Shown here: piece by piece, positions 29,704 through 39,013 of the stretch
Numbering within the stretch: position 1 is the first letter of the stretch
How the letters are laid out: the number at the start of each line of letters is the position of its first letter
Origin: an uncultured Alphaproteobacteria bacterium
Lineage (GTDB): Bacteria > Pseudomonadota > Alphaproteobacteria > Rs-D84
NCBI GenBank assembly: GCA_944389595.1
Contig: CALXMY010000004.1
Span: 29-64,028, forward strand
Direction: 5' to 3'
DNA length: 64,000 bases
The notes under the pieces: model-generated
The model's database searches: none
The model's input: only the letters and a program-made list of their open reading frames with translations
What the model was told of the DNA's origin: nothing
Translations under genes and position numbers: made by a program

Positions 29704-29930
29704 AAACAAATAACCTTGTTACGGGCGGTTTCGCCACGAATAATTTTTATGCTGGATTTCGGTACGTCAAAGTATTCGGCCAGCATTTTTATTACCGCCG
29801 CATTTGCCGCCCCGTCGGTTGGGGCGGCGGTGGTATGAACCCGCAAAACACCATTATCATCAACGGTTATTTCGTTTTTGCGTGCACGCGGTATAACCCG
29901 AATATTAAAAGTCTGTTTTGAATCGTTCAT
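29700..29930 (-). CDS. DUF167 (YggU) family protein
   Basis: ...APTDGAANAAVIKMLAEYF...IIRGETARNK resembles YggU. The start is ATG 29930 or GTG 29933. Confidence 0.65.
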   Translation of the reverse strand: MNDSKQTFNIRVIPRARKNEITVDDNGVLRVHTTAAPTDGAANAAVIKMLAEYFDVPKSSIKIIRGETARNKVICF

Positions 29931-30252
29931 CACTCATAATATGCAAATGGAAATGAAATACACTTTGCCCCGCCCCGGCCCCAGTATTTGCAACCGCGCG
30001 GAAATTTCCCGAAATCCCCAATTTTTCCACCGTTTTACGCACCGCATTCCAAAATCCTGATTGCAATTCTGTGGGGGCGTTTGCGGTAAAATCGTAAATA
30101 TCTGTATATTCGCCCTTTGGTATAATCAAAATATGTGTTTTGGCGCGTGGCGCAATGTTTTGAAACGCCAATGCATAATCATCTTCGTATATTTTGGTTG
30201 ATGGCGCATCGCCACGAATAATTTTTGCAAAAATATTATTATTATCGTACAT
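29905..30252 (-). CDS. HIT family (histidine triad) protein
   Basis: HFHLHIM histidine triad. ATG at 30252 gives MYDNNNIFAKIIRGD..., the usual HinT N-terminus. Confidence 0.85.
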   Translation of the reverse strand: MYDNNNIFAKIIRGDAPSTKIYEDDYALAFQNIAPRAKTHILIIPKGEYTDIYDFTANAPTELQSGFWNAVRKTVEKLGISGNFRAVANTGAGAGQSVFHFHLHIMSDERFKTDF

Positions 30253-30318
30253 AAAATCCCCTTTGATTCCCATTGATTTTGCACCCCCAGCGTAATACAT
30301 TAAACTTGCGAAATCAAG

Positions 30319-30349
30319 CCCTTGAAATCGATATCACGTGCACTATATC
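30319..30349 (+). promoter_or_regulatory. Candidate sigma32 (RpoH)-type heat-shock promoter of groESL (CCCTTGAA-N14-CACTATATC)
   Basis: The -35 box matches the CCCTTGAA consensus exactly and the -10 box resembles CCCCATnT. I saw no CIRCE inverted repeat. Confidence 0.5.
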
Positions 30350-30390
30350 TGTACCCAGAAGCAAGACAGAATCAACAAGGAGAATTAAAT

Positions 30391-30678
30391 ATGTTCAAAC
30401 CATTACATAATTATGTTCTGTTGGAACGCATCGAAGAAGAAAATAAAACAGCCGGTGGAATTATAATTCCTGATAATGCCAAAGAAAAACCATCACGCGG
30501 TCGTGTGATTGCGGTTGGTGACGGTGCATTTGATGGTGATGACCGTATTCCAATGACTGTAAAACCCGGCAATGTGGTATTGTTTGCAAAATGGGCCGCA
30601 TCTGCGAACGAGGTTAAAATTGATGGCAAAGATTATATTTTAATTAAAGAAACAGATATATTGGGAATTTTGGATTAA
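30391..30678 (+). CDS. groES: Co-chaperonin GroES
   Basis: ATG at 30391 is preceded by aaggaga. [28 protein letters not shown]... is typical. Confidence 0.93.
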   Translation: MFKPLHNYVLLERIEEENKTAGGIIIPDNAKEKPSRGRVIAVGDGAFDGDDRIPMTVKPGNVVLFAKWAASANEVKIDGKDYILIKETDILGILD

Positions 30679-30693
30679 AAAAAGGATTTTATC

Positions 30694-32313
30694 ATGGCAA
30701 AAGAAATCGTTTTCGATACAGATAAATTGGCGGCTGGGGTTGATAAATTGGCCAATGCCGTTAAAATTACCATGGGGCCCAAGGGTCGCACGGTTGTAAT
30801 CGATAAATCATATGGTGCGCCGACCGCAACCAAGGACGGCGTTACCGTGGCCAAGGCAGTTTCATTAAAAGATCCCCAGGAAAACATCGGCGCACGCATG
30901 ATTCAGGAAGTTGCAAAGAAAGCTGGTGATGATGCCGGTGATGGAACAACAACTGCGACCGTATTGGCACAAAAAATTTTCCGCGAAGGTCGCCGCGTAA
31001 TCGCCGCTGGCATGAATCCGATGGATGTAAAACGTGGTATTGATATGGCAACTGCGGCCGTTGTGGCAGACATTGAAAAACACGCACGCCCGGTCAAAGA
31101 CAGTGCCGAAATAGCCCAGGTTGCAACAATATCTGCAAATTCGGACGCAGAAATTGGTGAAAAGATTGCCGGCGCAATGGAAAAAGTCGGCAAAGAAGGC
31201 GTTATCACTGTCGAAGAAGCCAAAGGATTAGAAACAGAAATAGATGTTGTCGAAGGTATGCAATTTGACCAAGGATTTATGTCGCCCTATTTCGTAACAA
31301 ACAGTGAAAAAATGCTGGCCGAATTGGATGGCGCACAAATTTTGGTATCAGAAAAGAAAATTACCGGACTGCAGGCACTGTTGCCTATTTTGGAACCAGT
31401 GGCACAATCGGGTCGCCCATTATTAATTATCGCCGAAGATGTCGAATCCGAGGCATTGGCAACATTGGTGTTAAACAAACTGCGTGGCGGATTAAAAGTT
31501 TGCGCGGTCAAAGCCCCAGGTTTCGGCGACAGACGCAAAGAAATGTTAAAAGATATTGCCGCTGTTACCGGTGCAACCGTGATATCTGATGATATGGGTA
31601 TGACATTTGAAAACATCACACCCGATGTATTGGGCAGTGCCAAAAAGGTTGTCGTAGCCAAAGACTCAACACTGTTGGCCCAGGGCGGTGGCGACAAGCG
31701 CGCCATTGATGCGCGTGCCGATGAAATCCGTAAACTGATGTCCACCAGCACCAGTGATTACGACCGTGAAAAATTGGCCGAACGTTTGGCGAAACTGGTT
31801 GGCGGTGTCGCAGTTATCAAAGTTGGCGGCATGACCGAGGTCGAAGTAAAAGAAAAGAAAGACCGTGTTGATGACGCATTGGCGGCAACACGCGCCGCAG
31901 TTGCCGAAGGCATCGTCGCCGGTGGTGGTATTGCATTGGTTCGCGCAACAGCGGCATTGGAAAAACTGCACGGTGAAAACCAGGATCAAAATGTTGGTAT
32001 CGACATTGTGCGCCGTGCATTGGTTGCACCATGTGCACAAATTGCTGAAAACGCCGGGGTTTCCGGTGAAATCGTTGTCGGCAAAATTATCGAGGCACGC
32101 GATTATAACTTTGGTTACAACGCGCAAACCGGTGAATATGTCGATATGATGAAATCTGGAATTATTGACCCGGCCAAGGTTGTAAAAACTGCAATCCAGG
32201 CCGCAGCCAGCACCGCGGGCGTATTACTGACAACCGGCGCAGTAATGTCCGAAATTCCCGAAGAAAAATCCGTACCACAAATGGGTGGTGGCGCAATGCC
32301 GGGAATGATGTAA
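30694..32313 (+). CDS. groEL: Chaperonin GroEL
   Basis: 539 aa with [20 protein letters not shown] and a GGM-like C-terminus. Confidence 0.97.
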   Translation: MAKEIVFDTDKLAAGVDKLANAVKITMGPKGRTVVIDKSYGAPTATKDGVTVAKAVSLKDPQENIGARMIQEVAKKAGDDAGDGTTTATVLAQKIFREGRRVIAAGMNPMDVKRGIDMATAAVVADIEKHARPVKDSAEIAQVATISANSDAEIGEKIAGAMEKVGKEGVITVEEAKGLETEIDVVEGMQFDQGFMSPYFVTNSEKMLAELDGAQILVSEKKITGLQALLPILEPVAQSGRPLLIIAEDVESEALATLVLNKLRGGLKVCAVKAPGFGDRRKEMLKDIAAVTGATVISDDMGMTFENITPDVLGSAKKVVVAKDSTLLAQGGGDKRAIDARADEIRKLMSTSTSDYDREKLAERLAKLVGGVAVIKVGGMTEVEVKEKKDRVDDALAATRAAVAEGIVAGGGIALVRATAALEKLHGENQDQNVGIDIVRRALVAPCAQIAENAGVSGEIVVGKIIEARDYNFGYNAQTGEYVDMMKSGIIDPAKVVKTAIQAAASTAGVLLTTGAVMSEIPEEKSVPQMGGGAMPGMM

Positions 32314-32328
32314 AAACACAATGCAAAT

Positions 32329-32360
32329 AAAAAATCCCGCACAATTGTGCGGGATTTTTA
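32329..32360. terminator. Bidirectional terminator (atcccgcac-aatt-gtgcgggat flanked by A and T runs)
   Basis: Read directly; it lies between convergent groEL and the hydrolase gene. Confidence 0.85.
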
Positions 32361-33089
32361 ATATTCAAAATTCAACTGCAATTTTCCAAAATCGCCATGC
32401 GATGCATTTGGAACAACAATCATATTTTGGCCATTTGTCCATTTATATGATAACGAATACGGTACAACAGCATCATTTTCCGCAATATAATGCAGCTGCG
32501 AAATTTCCGGCAATTGATATAAATTCATTGACTGTTCCAATTTGGCATCACCGAAATATTGCGTCCAATCCGCATGATTCAAAACCCCGGCGATTGTAAT
32601 CCATTTTTGCACATTTAAATCATTATTGTTTTGTATCATTAATCCTGAAATCATTGCGCCGCCCGAATAACCAATTAATACAATCGGATTTTGACCGGCA
32701 ATTTTACGCACCGCATCAGACATGGAATCAATAATTTTTTTGGAAAATCGCCCTGTTGTCCAATCCGTAACCGTGCATGTGCGCGACATTATAAATTGGC
32801 ACGGCCGGGCCATATACACAACATTTGGCCATTCATCAGATGCCGCCAATTTGCGCATAAATGCACTGTGTGGGGTTGGGTTATTGGTCGGTATACCACG
32901 CCCATTGAATGCATGTCCGTCGCCTTCGATATAAATATGAATTTCAGATTCGGTATCAGTTATTTTTTGCCATGTGGCTATTTCGAATTCGCCGGTATTA
33001 ATTGGGACATACACAAAATCATCATACATGTGCCAATTTGGCGCACATCCAAATAATAACAAAATCAATAAAATAACAATGCGCAACAT
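32358..33089 (-). CDS. Alpha/beta-hydrolase-fold lipoprotein (Ser hydrolase)
   Basis: ATG at 33089 gives MLRIVILLILLLFGC (lipobox). Nucleophile elbow GYSGG. Confidence 0.6.
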   Translation of the reverse strand: MLRIVILLILLLFGCAPNWHMYDDFVYVPINTGEFEIATWQKITDTESEIHIYIEGDGHAFNGRGIPTNNPTPHSAFMRKLAASDEWPNVVYMARPCQFIMSRTCTVTDWTTGRFSKKIIDSMSDAVRKIAGQNPIVLIGYSGGAMISGLMIQNNNDLNVQKWITIAGVLNHADWTQYFGDAKLEQSMNLYQLPEISQLHYIAENDAVVPYSLSYKWTNGQNMIVVPNASHGDFGKLQLNFEY

Positions 33090-33149
33090 TATGCATAAGA
33101 TATTATCGCAAACCAAAGCACCAGTCAAACACCACCCAATCAAAAAAAA

Positions 33150-33201
33150 TTGACAAATTTGTTGACAAAATACTTGACAAATAATTTTTTTATACCATAA
33201 T
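33150..33201 (+). promoter_or_regulatory. Three direct TTGACAAA repeats at 12-bp spacing. The last forms a strong sigma70-like promoter (TTGACA-N16-CATAAT) for the 33231 gene.
   Basis: TTGACA at 33150, 33162 and 33174; CATAAT at 33196. Confidence 0.5.
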
Positions 33202-33230
33202 AAGTACAGAAACTAAAAAAGGTGTGCAAT

Positions 33231-34013
33231 ATGTTCAAAGCATTAAAAATGAAAATCGCGGCCCGTCGTATGGAACGCAAAAGTGTAAAAAAACGCGCCA
33301 ATACAAAAAAATCGCGTAAATCTGTATCACGTCGTCAATCATTCTGGGGGCGCGTATGGCATATTATATGTGCACCATTCCGCTATATTGGTCGTGCATT
33401 GGTGGCTTTTTGGCGTTGGATACGCGATGTTAATATGATTGGATTAATTAATATCACGTTGTTATGCACGATTATCGTTTTATTTTCAATGCTGATAATG
33501 GATATTGTTGGATGCGGTAAAAAGTCTGTAATAATTATCGCAAAAAATGAAAACACACCAACGAATACAATTACACAAAACGAACAGCCACGTAATGTAC
33601 GTGCGCGCGACACAAAAAATCAATCTGTGACGTTACCGTTGCAGAAAACTTGTGACAACGAATTAATTGGCGCACCAGTTAATGTGACCACGCCACGTGT
33701 TGACACGGTTGCAATAAAACAAACCGCCCGACGTGCAAACATAATGTATGGCGATGTAATTATTGACAGTCGCGGTGCCGCAACTATGTTAAAATCCGGC
33801 GATGTTATCAAAGGTAATTTGTATCTGCAGAATATGCGTAAATATGTTTTGCCACGCGGCATCCGTATCGAAGGCAATCTGTTTCTGCGTGATATGGGCA
33901 TGTTGCAATTTTCCGGTGGATTCACTGTCACAGGCAACATATATGTTACCCCGTCATCATCGTTTGGGCCGATTCCGGGTACGGCACGTATTGGTGGATA
34001 TGTAATTTTATAA
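33231..34013 (+). CDS. Hypothetical single-pass membrane protein with a basic N-terminus and a C-terminal GN(L/I)(Y/F)(L/V) repeat region
   Basis: ATG at 33231, while the track start 33222 is GTG. TM segment MIGLINITLLCTIIVLFSMLIMDIV. Repeats GNLYLQN / GNLFLRD / GNIYVTP. Confidence 0.6.
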   Translation: MFKALKMKIAARRMERKSVKKRANTKKSRKSVSRRQSFWGRVWHIICAPFRYIGRALVAFWRWIRDVNMIGLINITLLCTIIVLFSMLIMDIVGCGKKSVIIIAKNENTPTNTITQNEQPRNVRARDTKNQSVTLPLQKTCDNELIGAPVNVTTPRVDTVAIKQTARRANIMYGDVIIDSRGAATMLKSGDVIKGNLYLQNMRKYVLPRGIRIEGNLFLRDMGMLQFSGGFTVTGNIYVTPSSSFGPIPGTARIGGYVIL

Positions 34014-34124
34014 CATATTCCCGTTCCCCTAAAAAAACGGTTGCAAACACGCAACCGTTTTTTGTGGATTTTTTATTCAAAATATGATATAATGCATCCA
34101 TCCAAACGTAGGAGATTAAACACT

Positions 34125-34394
34125 ATGAATACTTTTGAAAAAATTTTGGGTGTTTTCGGCAAAAATTTGGCTTACACAATCGTGCTGATTATTGCGGTGA
34201 TATTTTTTGCGTATTTTTCGGATGGTTTAATTCCGGGGCTGATTACCGCATTCAGTGCATTGGTGGTGTATATATGTGGCGCGGGATTGTATCGCGAATT
34301 TAAATCCGCATTTTCGGGAAAAAAAACGGTTACCGCCACTGTGAAAAAGGCACCAGCCAAAAAGTCCGCCGCAAAAAAGACATCTAAAAAATAA
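34125..34394 (+). CDS. Small membrane protein (89 aa) with a Lys/Ala-rich tail
   Basis: ATG at 34125 is preceded by gtaggaga. Two hydrophobic helices, then KKAPAKKSAAKKTSKK. Confidence 0.6.
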   Translation: MNTFEKILGVFGKNLAYTIVLIIAVIFFAYFSDGLIPGLITAFSALVVYICGAGLYREFKSAFSGKKTVTATVKKAPAKKSAAKKTSKK

Positions 34395-34410
34395 ATAAAT
34401 TTATTTATTA

Positions 34411-34436
34411 AAAATCCCGCACTTGCGGGATTTTTT
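34411..34436. terminator. Bidirectional terminator (tcccgc-actt-gcggga flanked by A and T runs)
   Basis: Read directly; it lies between convergent genes. Confidence 0.8.
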
Positions 34437-34794
34437 ATTTCGTTTCTGGAACGGTTGGGGTATCTGTCACTTCGCCTGTTGCACCGGGAATTGCCGATTG
34501 TACCGGCGCATCGCCCTGTTGCACGATTTCATTGCGCAAATCACTTTGTTGGGTTGCCATATCAGATTTTGCCGATACCAACGCCAACAATGCGCACAAT
34601 ACGAAAAATATTGTTGCCAACCATGCAGTCGCACGGGTTAAGAAATTGCCCGCCGCCGCACCAGTCAATGCACCACCAAACATTGATGCCGCGGACGAAC
34701 CGGACATTCCACTGCCCTCGGATTTTTGTAATAAAATAATACCAATCATCAATATTGCGACGATTATTAATAAAACTAATAAAATTGTGAACAT
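34435..34794 (-). CDS. secG: Preprotein translocase subunit SecG
   Basis: ATG at 34794. MFTILLVLLIIVAILMIGIILLQKSEGSGM... is typical of SecG. Confidence 0.85.
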   Translation of the reverse strand: MFTILLVLLIIVAILMIGIILLQKSEGSGMSGSSAASMFGGALTGAAAGNFLTRATAWLATIFFVLCALLALVSAKSDMATQQSDLRNEIVQQGDAPVQSAIPGATGEVTDTPTVPETK

Positions 34795-34837
34795 ATTTAT
34801 AACCTTTTGCTTTGCGGTAATTGTATATACCCAAATA

Positions 34838-35470
34838 TTAAATTGCAAGTTTTTTCAATAATTCGGCGGCGGCGGCAATACTGGCCGCTTTTTTTGATGC
34901 GCCGCACCCGGTTGCCGTTTGCCCCATGGCGGTTACCCGAACATTAAATGTCGGGTTATGCGATGCGCCGGTTGGCGATAAATATTCATACACGGGCAAC
35001 GCACCATCATCATGCTTTTGCACAAATTCCTGTAATGTGGTTTTGGCATCTTTTGGTGCGGTAATGTCCGCAGATGCCAATTCGCGCCATATATCCGTTA
35101 TTATTTTACGCGCCACATCAAAACCGCCATCAATAAATATTGCGCCGAATACAGCCTCCATCGCGTTGGCACAAATGTGTTTTATGCGCCCGGCCGTCAT
35201 ATGGCCATGATGAATTTTTTTATCCAATCCAAAATCAATTGCAACACGGGCCAACGTTTCCGTGGAAACCAACATTGCATGGCGACGCGATAATTCACCT
35301 TCGTTTTCGTTTGGAAACATTTCATACAGCAACGCCGCCACCGATAACCCCAACACACGGTCGCCGACAAATTCCAAACGTTCATTATTGTGATTGGCGT
35401 TTACACCACTTTGCGTTAATGCCAAATCCAATAATTCCGGATTTTTAAAATTATAATTTAATTGCTTCAC
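34838..35470 (-). CDS. rnc: Ribonuclease III
   Basis: ERLEFVGDRVLG signature plus a C-terminal dsRBD. There is no in-frame ATG near the conserved N-terminus, so I take GTG at 35470 (or TTG 35479) next to the lepB stop. The long track ORF start is unlikely. Confidence 0.85.
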   Translation of the reverse strand: MKQLNYNFKNPELLDLALTQSGVNANHNNERLEFVGDRVLGLSVAALLYEMFPNENEGELSRRHAMLVSTETLARVAIDFGLDKKIHHGHMTAGRIKHICANAMEAVFGAIFIDGGFDVARKIITDIWRELASADITAPKDAKTTLQEFVQKHDDGALPVYEYLSPTGASHNPTFNVRVTAMGQTATGCGASKKAASIAAAAELLKKLAI

Positions 35471-35471
35471 G

Positions 35472-36359
35472 TTAATCAATCCCCATACCAAATCTGTCCC
35501 AGCGCATTTTGTCGCCCCAATTCCATACGGCCAACATAGGCGAATAATAATTGTGTGAATACCATATAAACCATACAGGTCCCAAAACATTATCGCGCGG
35601 CACATAACCAATATCAGCACGACTGTCGCCACTGTTATCACGATTATCGCCCATGAAAAAGTAATGATTTTCCGGCACAGTAAACATCATTGTATTATCC
35701 AATGGCGCGTTATCTGACATTTCAATAATGCTGTGCGTGACACCGTTTGGTAATGTTTCGGTGTATTCTGTTCCATCGAATACACCACACGCCCATTCAT
35801 TGGCACGGCAAAACGCGTCATCTTTGTATTCAATGGTATAATTAAATTCCGCAGGTTTATTATCAACCCAAATTTTATTGCCCTTTATCATAATATTTTT
35901 TTCAGGTATATGATACCCGGCACTGCGTAATGCCTTTGGCAAAGTGGCAATTATATATGGGCGCGGATTTTCACGTGGCACAATTTCGCCATTTATATAC
36001 AACCGACCATCAATCATCTGAATTGTATCGCCGGGTTTGCCAATCAAACGTTTTACGTAATCCTGGGATTCATTAATTGGGTTGCGAAACACAATAACAT
36101 CGCCGATTTCAGGTTCATGTCCCCAAAAACGCCCGTTCCATAAATGCCATGACCCAAATGGGAACGAATACCGCGAATAACCGTATGGCCATTTTTCAAC
36201 AAAAATATGGTCGCCCACATGCAATGTTGGTATCATAGACCCAGATGGTATATTAAATGGTTCCAATAAAAAGCTGCGAAATGCGATTGCAATTAACACA
36301 CCATAAAAAATTGTATTAAACCAATCACGCGCAACATTAGTTTTTTTCTTGGCCGGCAT
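35472..36359 (-). CDS. lepB: Signal peptidase I
   Basis: SGSMIPTL (catalytic Ser box), KRLIG, and GDNRDNSGDSR boxes. Confidence 0.93.
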   Translation of the reverse strand: MPAKKKTNVARDWFNTIFYGVLIAIAFRSFLLEPFNIPSGSMIPTLHVGDHIFVEKWPYGYSRYSFPFGSWHLWNGRFWGHEPEIGDVIVFRNPINESQDYVKRLIGKPGDTIQMIDGRLYINGEIVPRENPRPYIIATLPKALRSAGYHIPEKNIMIKGNKIWVDNKPAEFNYTIEYKDDAFCRANEWACGVFDGTEYTETLPNGVTHSIIEMSDNAPLDNTMMFTVPENHYFFMGDNRDNSGDSRADIGYVPRDNVLGPVWFIWYSHNYYSPMLAVWNWGDKMRWDRFGMGID

Positions 36360-36432
36360 ACGTTTTCACCTTTCTTTTATCGGCACCATTTTATAACTTG
36401 AATTGATTCAGCGCAAGTTTTAATATGCAAAT

Positions 36433-37953
36433 ATGATTTCTTTGAATTCAATCATATTTAATGGTATGGATGCCACACCCATTGATGTCCAGGTACAATT
36501 ATCAACCGGGTTGGCAAAACCCGAATTTAATATCATCGGGTTGGCGGACCGCGCAGTCAAAGAATCTGCCGAAAGAATACGAAACGTATTATCGGCATTG
36601 AATCTATCATTGCCACCAAAACGGCTGACGGTTAACTTGTCACCCGCAGACGTGGAAAAAACCGGATCGCATTTTGATTTGCCGATATTGTGTGGGATAT
36701 TATGCGCGTTGGGAATATTGCCCGAATCTGAATTATCAAAATATATCATTATCGGCGAAGTTGGACTGAATGGTGCAATCGTTAAAACCGATGGCGTATT
36801 ACCCGCCAGTGTTTGGGCAAATGCACATGGGTTGGGGATTATTTGTCCGGGCGACCAGGGCCCCGAGGCACGATGGGCCGGTCATACCAATATTTTGGCA
36901 CCTTTTCATGCATTGGAATTAATAAATCATTTCAAAGGCACCCAGATATTGCCCGTTCCCACGGCCACAATGCCAAATGAAACGGAAAAATCAACAATTG
37001 ATATGGCCGAAGTTCATGGCCAATCCGCCGCAAAACGCGCATTGGAAATTGCGGCCGCCGGTGGACATGCAATGTTAATGGTTGGGCCACCGGGTTCGGG
37101 GAAAACAATGCTGGCATCACGTTTACCAACAATCTTGCCGGAAATGACGGCCGATGAAATTTTGGAAACGTCGATAATATATTCAATTGCCGGTCAATTG
37201 AATGGCAAATCTTTGATTACCACGCGCCCATTTCGCAGTGTTCACCATACATCCAGTGCGGTTTCGTTGGCTGGTGGTGGCGCAGATGCGCGCCCGGGCG
37301 AAATTTCATTGGCGCATAATGGGGTGTTATTTTTGGATGAATTACCAGAATTTAACCGCACAACATTGGAAATTTTACGTCAACCGATGGAGGCCGGAAA
37401 AATTATGGTTGCGCGCGCACGTCGCACCGCAACGTATCCCGCACGGTTTCAATTAATTGCCGCAATGAACCCATGCCCATGCGGGCATTTGGGAAACGCT
37501 GCCTTATCATGCTCGCGTGCCCCCCGCTGTGCCGAGGCATATCAAAATAAAATTTCCGGCCCGTTGCTGGACAGAATTGATTTACATGTTGATGTCGACC
37601 CCGTTAATCCATGGGAAATGAATAATATCGATACCACACCCGCCGAAACATCGGCACAAATTCGCGCGCGTGTTGTTGCCGCACGAAATCGGCAAATCGC
37701 ACGCCAGGGTGTACCCAATGCACAATTGGACGGCGCGGCGTTGGATGCGGCCGCACCACTGTCAAATGAATTAACCGAATTTTTAAATAATGCCGCGGAA
37801 AAAATGGGTATGTCTGCACGCGGGTATAATCGTATAAAACGTATTGCGCGCACAATTGCCGATTTGCGTGGTTCTGAAAATATTGAAATGCCCGATATTG
37901 CCGAGGCCCTGTCATATCGGCCAATTAATCGCGGTAAATATGGGGTAAAATAA
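36433..37953 (+). CDS. comM: YifB/ComM family Mg-chelatase-like AAA+ ATPase
   Basis: Walker A GPPGSGKT and the GVLFLDELPEF box; the length and N-terminal Lon-like domain fit. Confidence 0.9.
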   Translation: MISLNSIIFNGMDATPIDVQVQLSTGLAKPEFNIIGLADRAVKESAERIRNVLSALNLSLPPKRLTVNLSPADVEKTGSHFDLPILCGILCALGILPESELSKYIIIGEVGLNGAIVKTDGVLPASVWANAHGLGIICPGDQGPEARWAGHTNILAPFHALELINHFKGTQILPVPTATMPNETEKSTIDMAEVHGQSAAKRALEIAAAGGHAMLMVGPPGSGKTMLASRLPTILPEMTADEILETSIIYSIAGQLNGKSLITTRPFRSVHHTSSAVSLAGGGADARPGEISLAHNGVLFLDELPEFNRTTLEILRQPMEAGKIMVARARRTATYPARFQLIAAMNPCPCGHLGNAALSCSRAPRCAEAYQNKISGPLLDRIDLHVDVDPVNPWEMNNIDTTPAETSAQIRARVVAARNRQIARQGVPNAQLDGAALDAAAPLSNELTEFLNNAAEKMGMSARGYNRIKRIARTIADLRGSENIEMPDIAEALSYRPINRGKYGVK

Positions 37954-37954
37954 A

Positions 37955-37978
37955 AACCCGCATTTGCGGATTTTTATC
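37955..37978. terminator. Weak bidirectional terminator-like hairpin (cccgca/tgcgg) with A and T runs
   Basis: Short imperfect stem. Confidence 0.35.
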
Positions 37979-38963
37979 AGAACTCGAACCGAATTCCCAA
38001 CATTACATTTACGTATATTACATTTTCTGCACTGAACCAATCACGATGTAATGTGCCGTCCTCGTTGCTTAATGCCCAACGAATACGTGGGACATACGCG
38101 GCACGCGCCCCAAAATCAAAAAACATATTTTCCGTTACACCATATGAAAAGCCCAACGATAATAATGCCGCGATATTTACAGAATCCAATTCAGAACGAT
38201 AAAATTGAATTAATGAATCATCCTGGCTGGATGTGCCATATGGAAATAATTCATACATACCAGAAAAATCACCAAATTTATCGGAAAAGTTCAATGTCGT
38301 TTGTATATCGGCATACCCAACGCCAAATCCAACATATGGAATCATGGTACGTGTCGGTTTTTGTATACCGGTATAAAAATCATAAAACGCCATTACACTG
38401 ATAATATCGGTTGTAACCTGGGATTGAACGGCACCAACGGGAAAACTGGCAACTATGTCACCCTTGGCCCCACCGGTCAACAGAATATCGCCCTCTAGGA
38501 ATGGGGATGCGTTATATTCGCTTTCTGAAATATGATCCCACCCCAGTTCTATGCGCCACTGTGGCTTATTAGGGATGGTCCACCCCAAACTGGCCCCCGC
38601 GGCAAAACCGAATGAATCAAAATCCTTGGTCGGTGGCAAATCACCCAAATTTGCATAGCCCGCCATTACATAATCTTCGCATCCGCCGGCATCAGTGCAT
38701 TGCAAATACCCCAATTCTGATAACAATGTACCGCCATCGGGACTCATATAATATAACTGATTTAATTCGCCAATTTCATTTTTTATACCGCCCATGCCAA
38801 TTGCCGCCCCACCACGCAACGATACGGTAAAGCGACTGCCATCATCGGTATATGTACCATCGCCCACATAATAACCGGAATATTCCCAATTTGCGCGCGC
38901 CGCGCCAAAAACCAGGCACGATAACAATGGTATAAATAACAGGCTCCTACACTTCATGCCCAT
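37977..38963 (-). CDS. Outer-membrane beta-barrel protein (porin/surface-antigen-like)
   Basis: Signal peptide ...LVFGAARA, alternating beta pattern, and a terminal ...MLGIRFEF. Confidence 0.7.
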   Translation of the reverse strand: MGMKCRSLLFIPLLSCLVFGAARANWEYSGYYVGDGTYTDDGSRFTVSLRGGAAIGMGGIKNEIGELNQLYYMSPDGGTLLSELGYLQCTDAGGCEDYVMAGYANLGDLPPTKDFDSFGFAAGASLGWTIPNKPQWRIELGWDHISESEYNASPFLEGDILLTGGAKGDIVASFPVGAVQSQVTTDIISVMAFYDFYTGIQKPTRTMIPYVGFGVGYADIQTTLNFSDKFGDFSGMYELFPYGTSSQDDSLIQFYRSELDSVNIAALLSLGFSYGVTENMFFDFGARAAYVPRIRWALSNEDGTLHRDWFSAENVIYVNVMLGIRFEF

Positions 38964-39013
38964 TATTATACCACAAAATTAGTCATAATAAAAACAGATT
39001 TTTATCAATAAAT

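Noticed and set aside
30300-30390. CIRCE (HrcA operator) upstream of groES
   Set aside because: No TTAGCACTC-N9-GAGTGCTAA-like inverted repeat is present; only a sigma32-like promoter pattern was seen.
36420-36749. 109-aa minus ORF overlapping the start of comM, and similar antisense ORFs inside murJ (17575-18156), ftsH, groEL and ligA
   Set aside because: All lie inside well-supported conserved genes on the opposite strand and lack motifs or RBS. They are typical antisense open frames.
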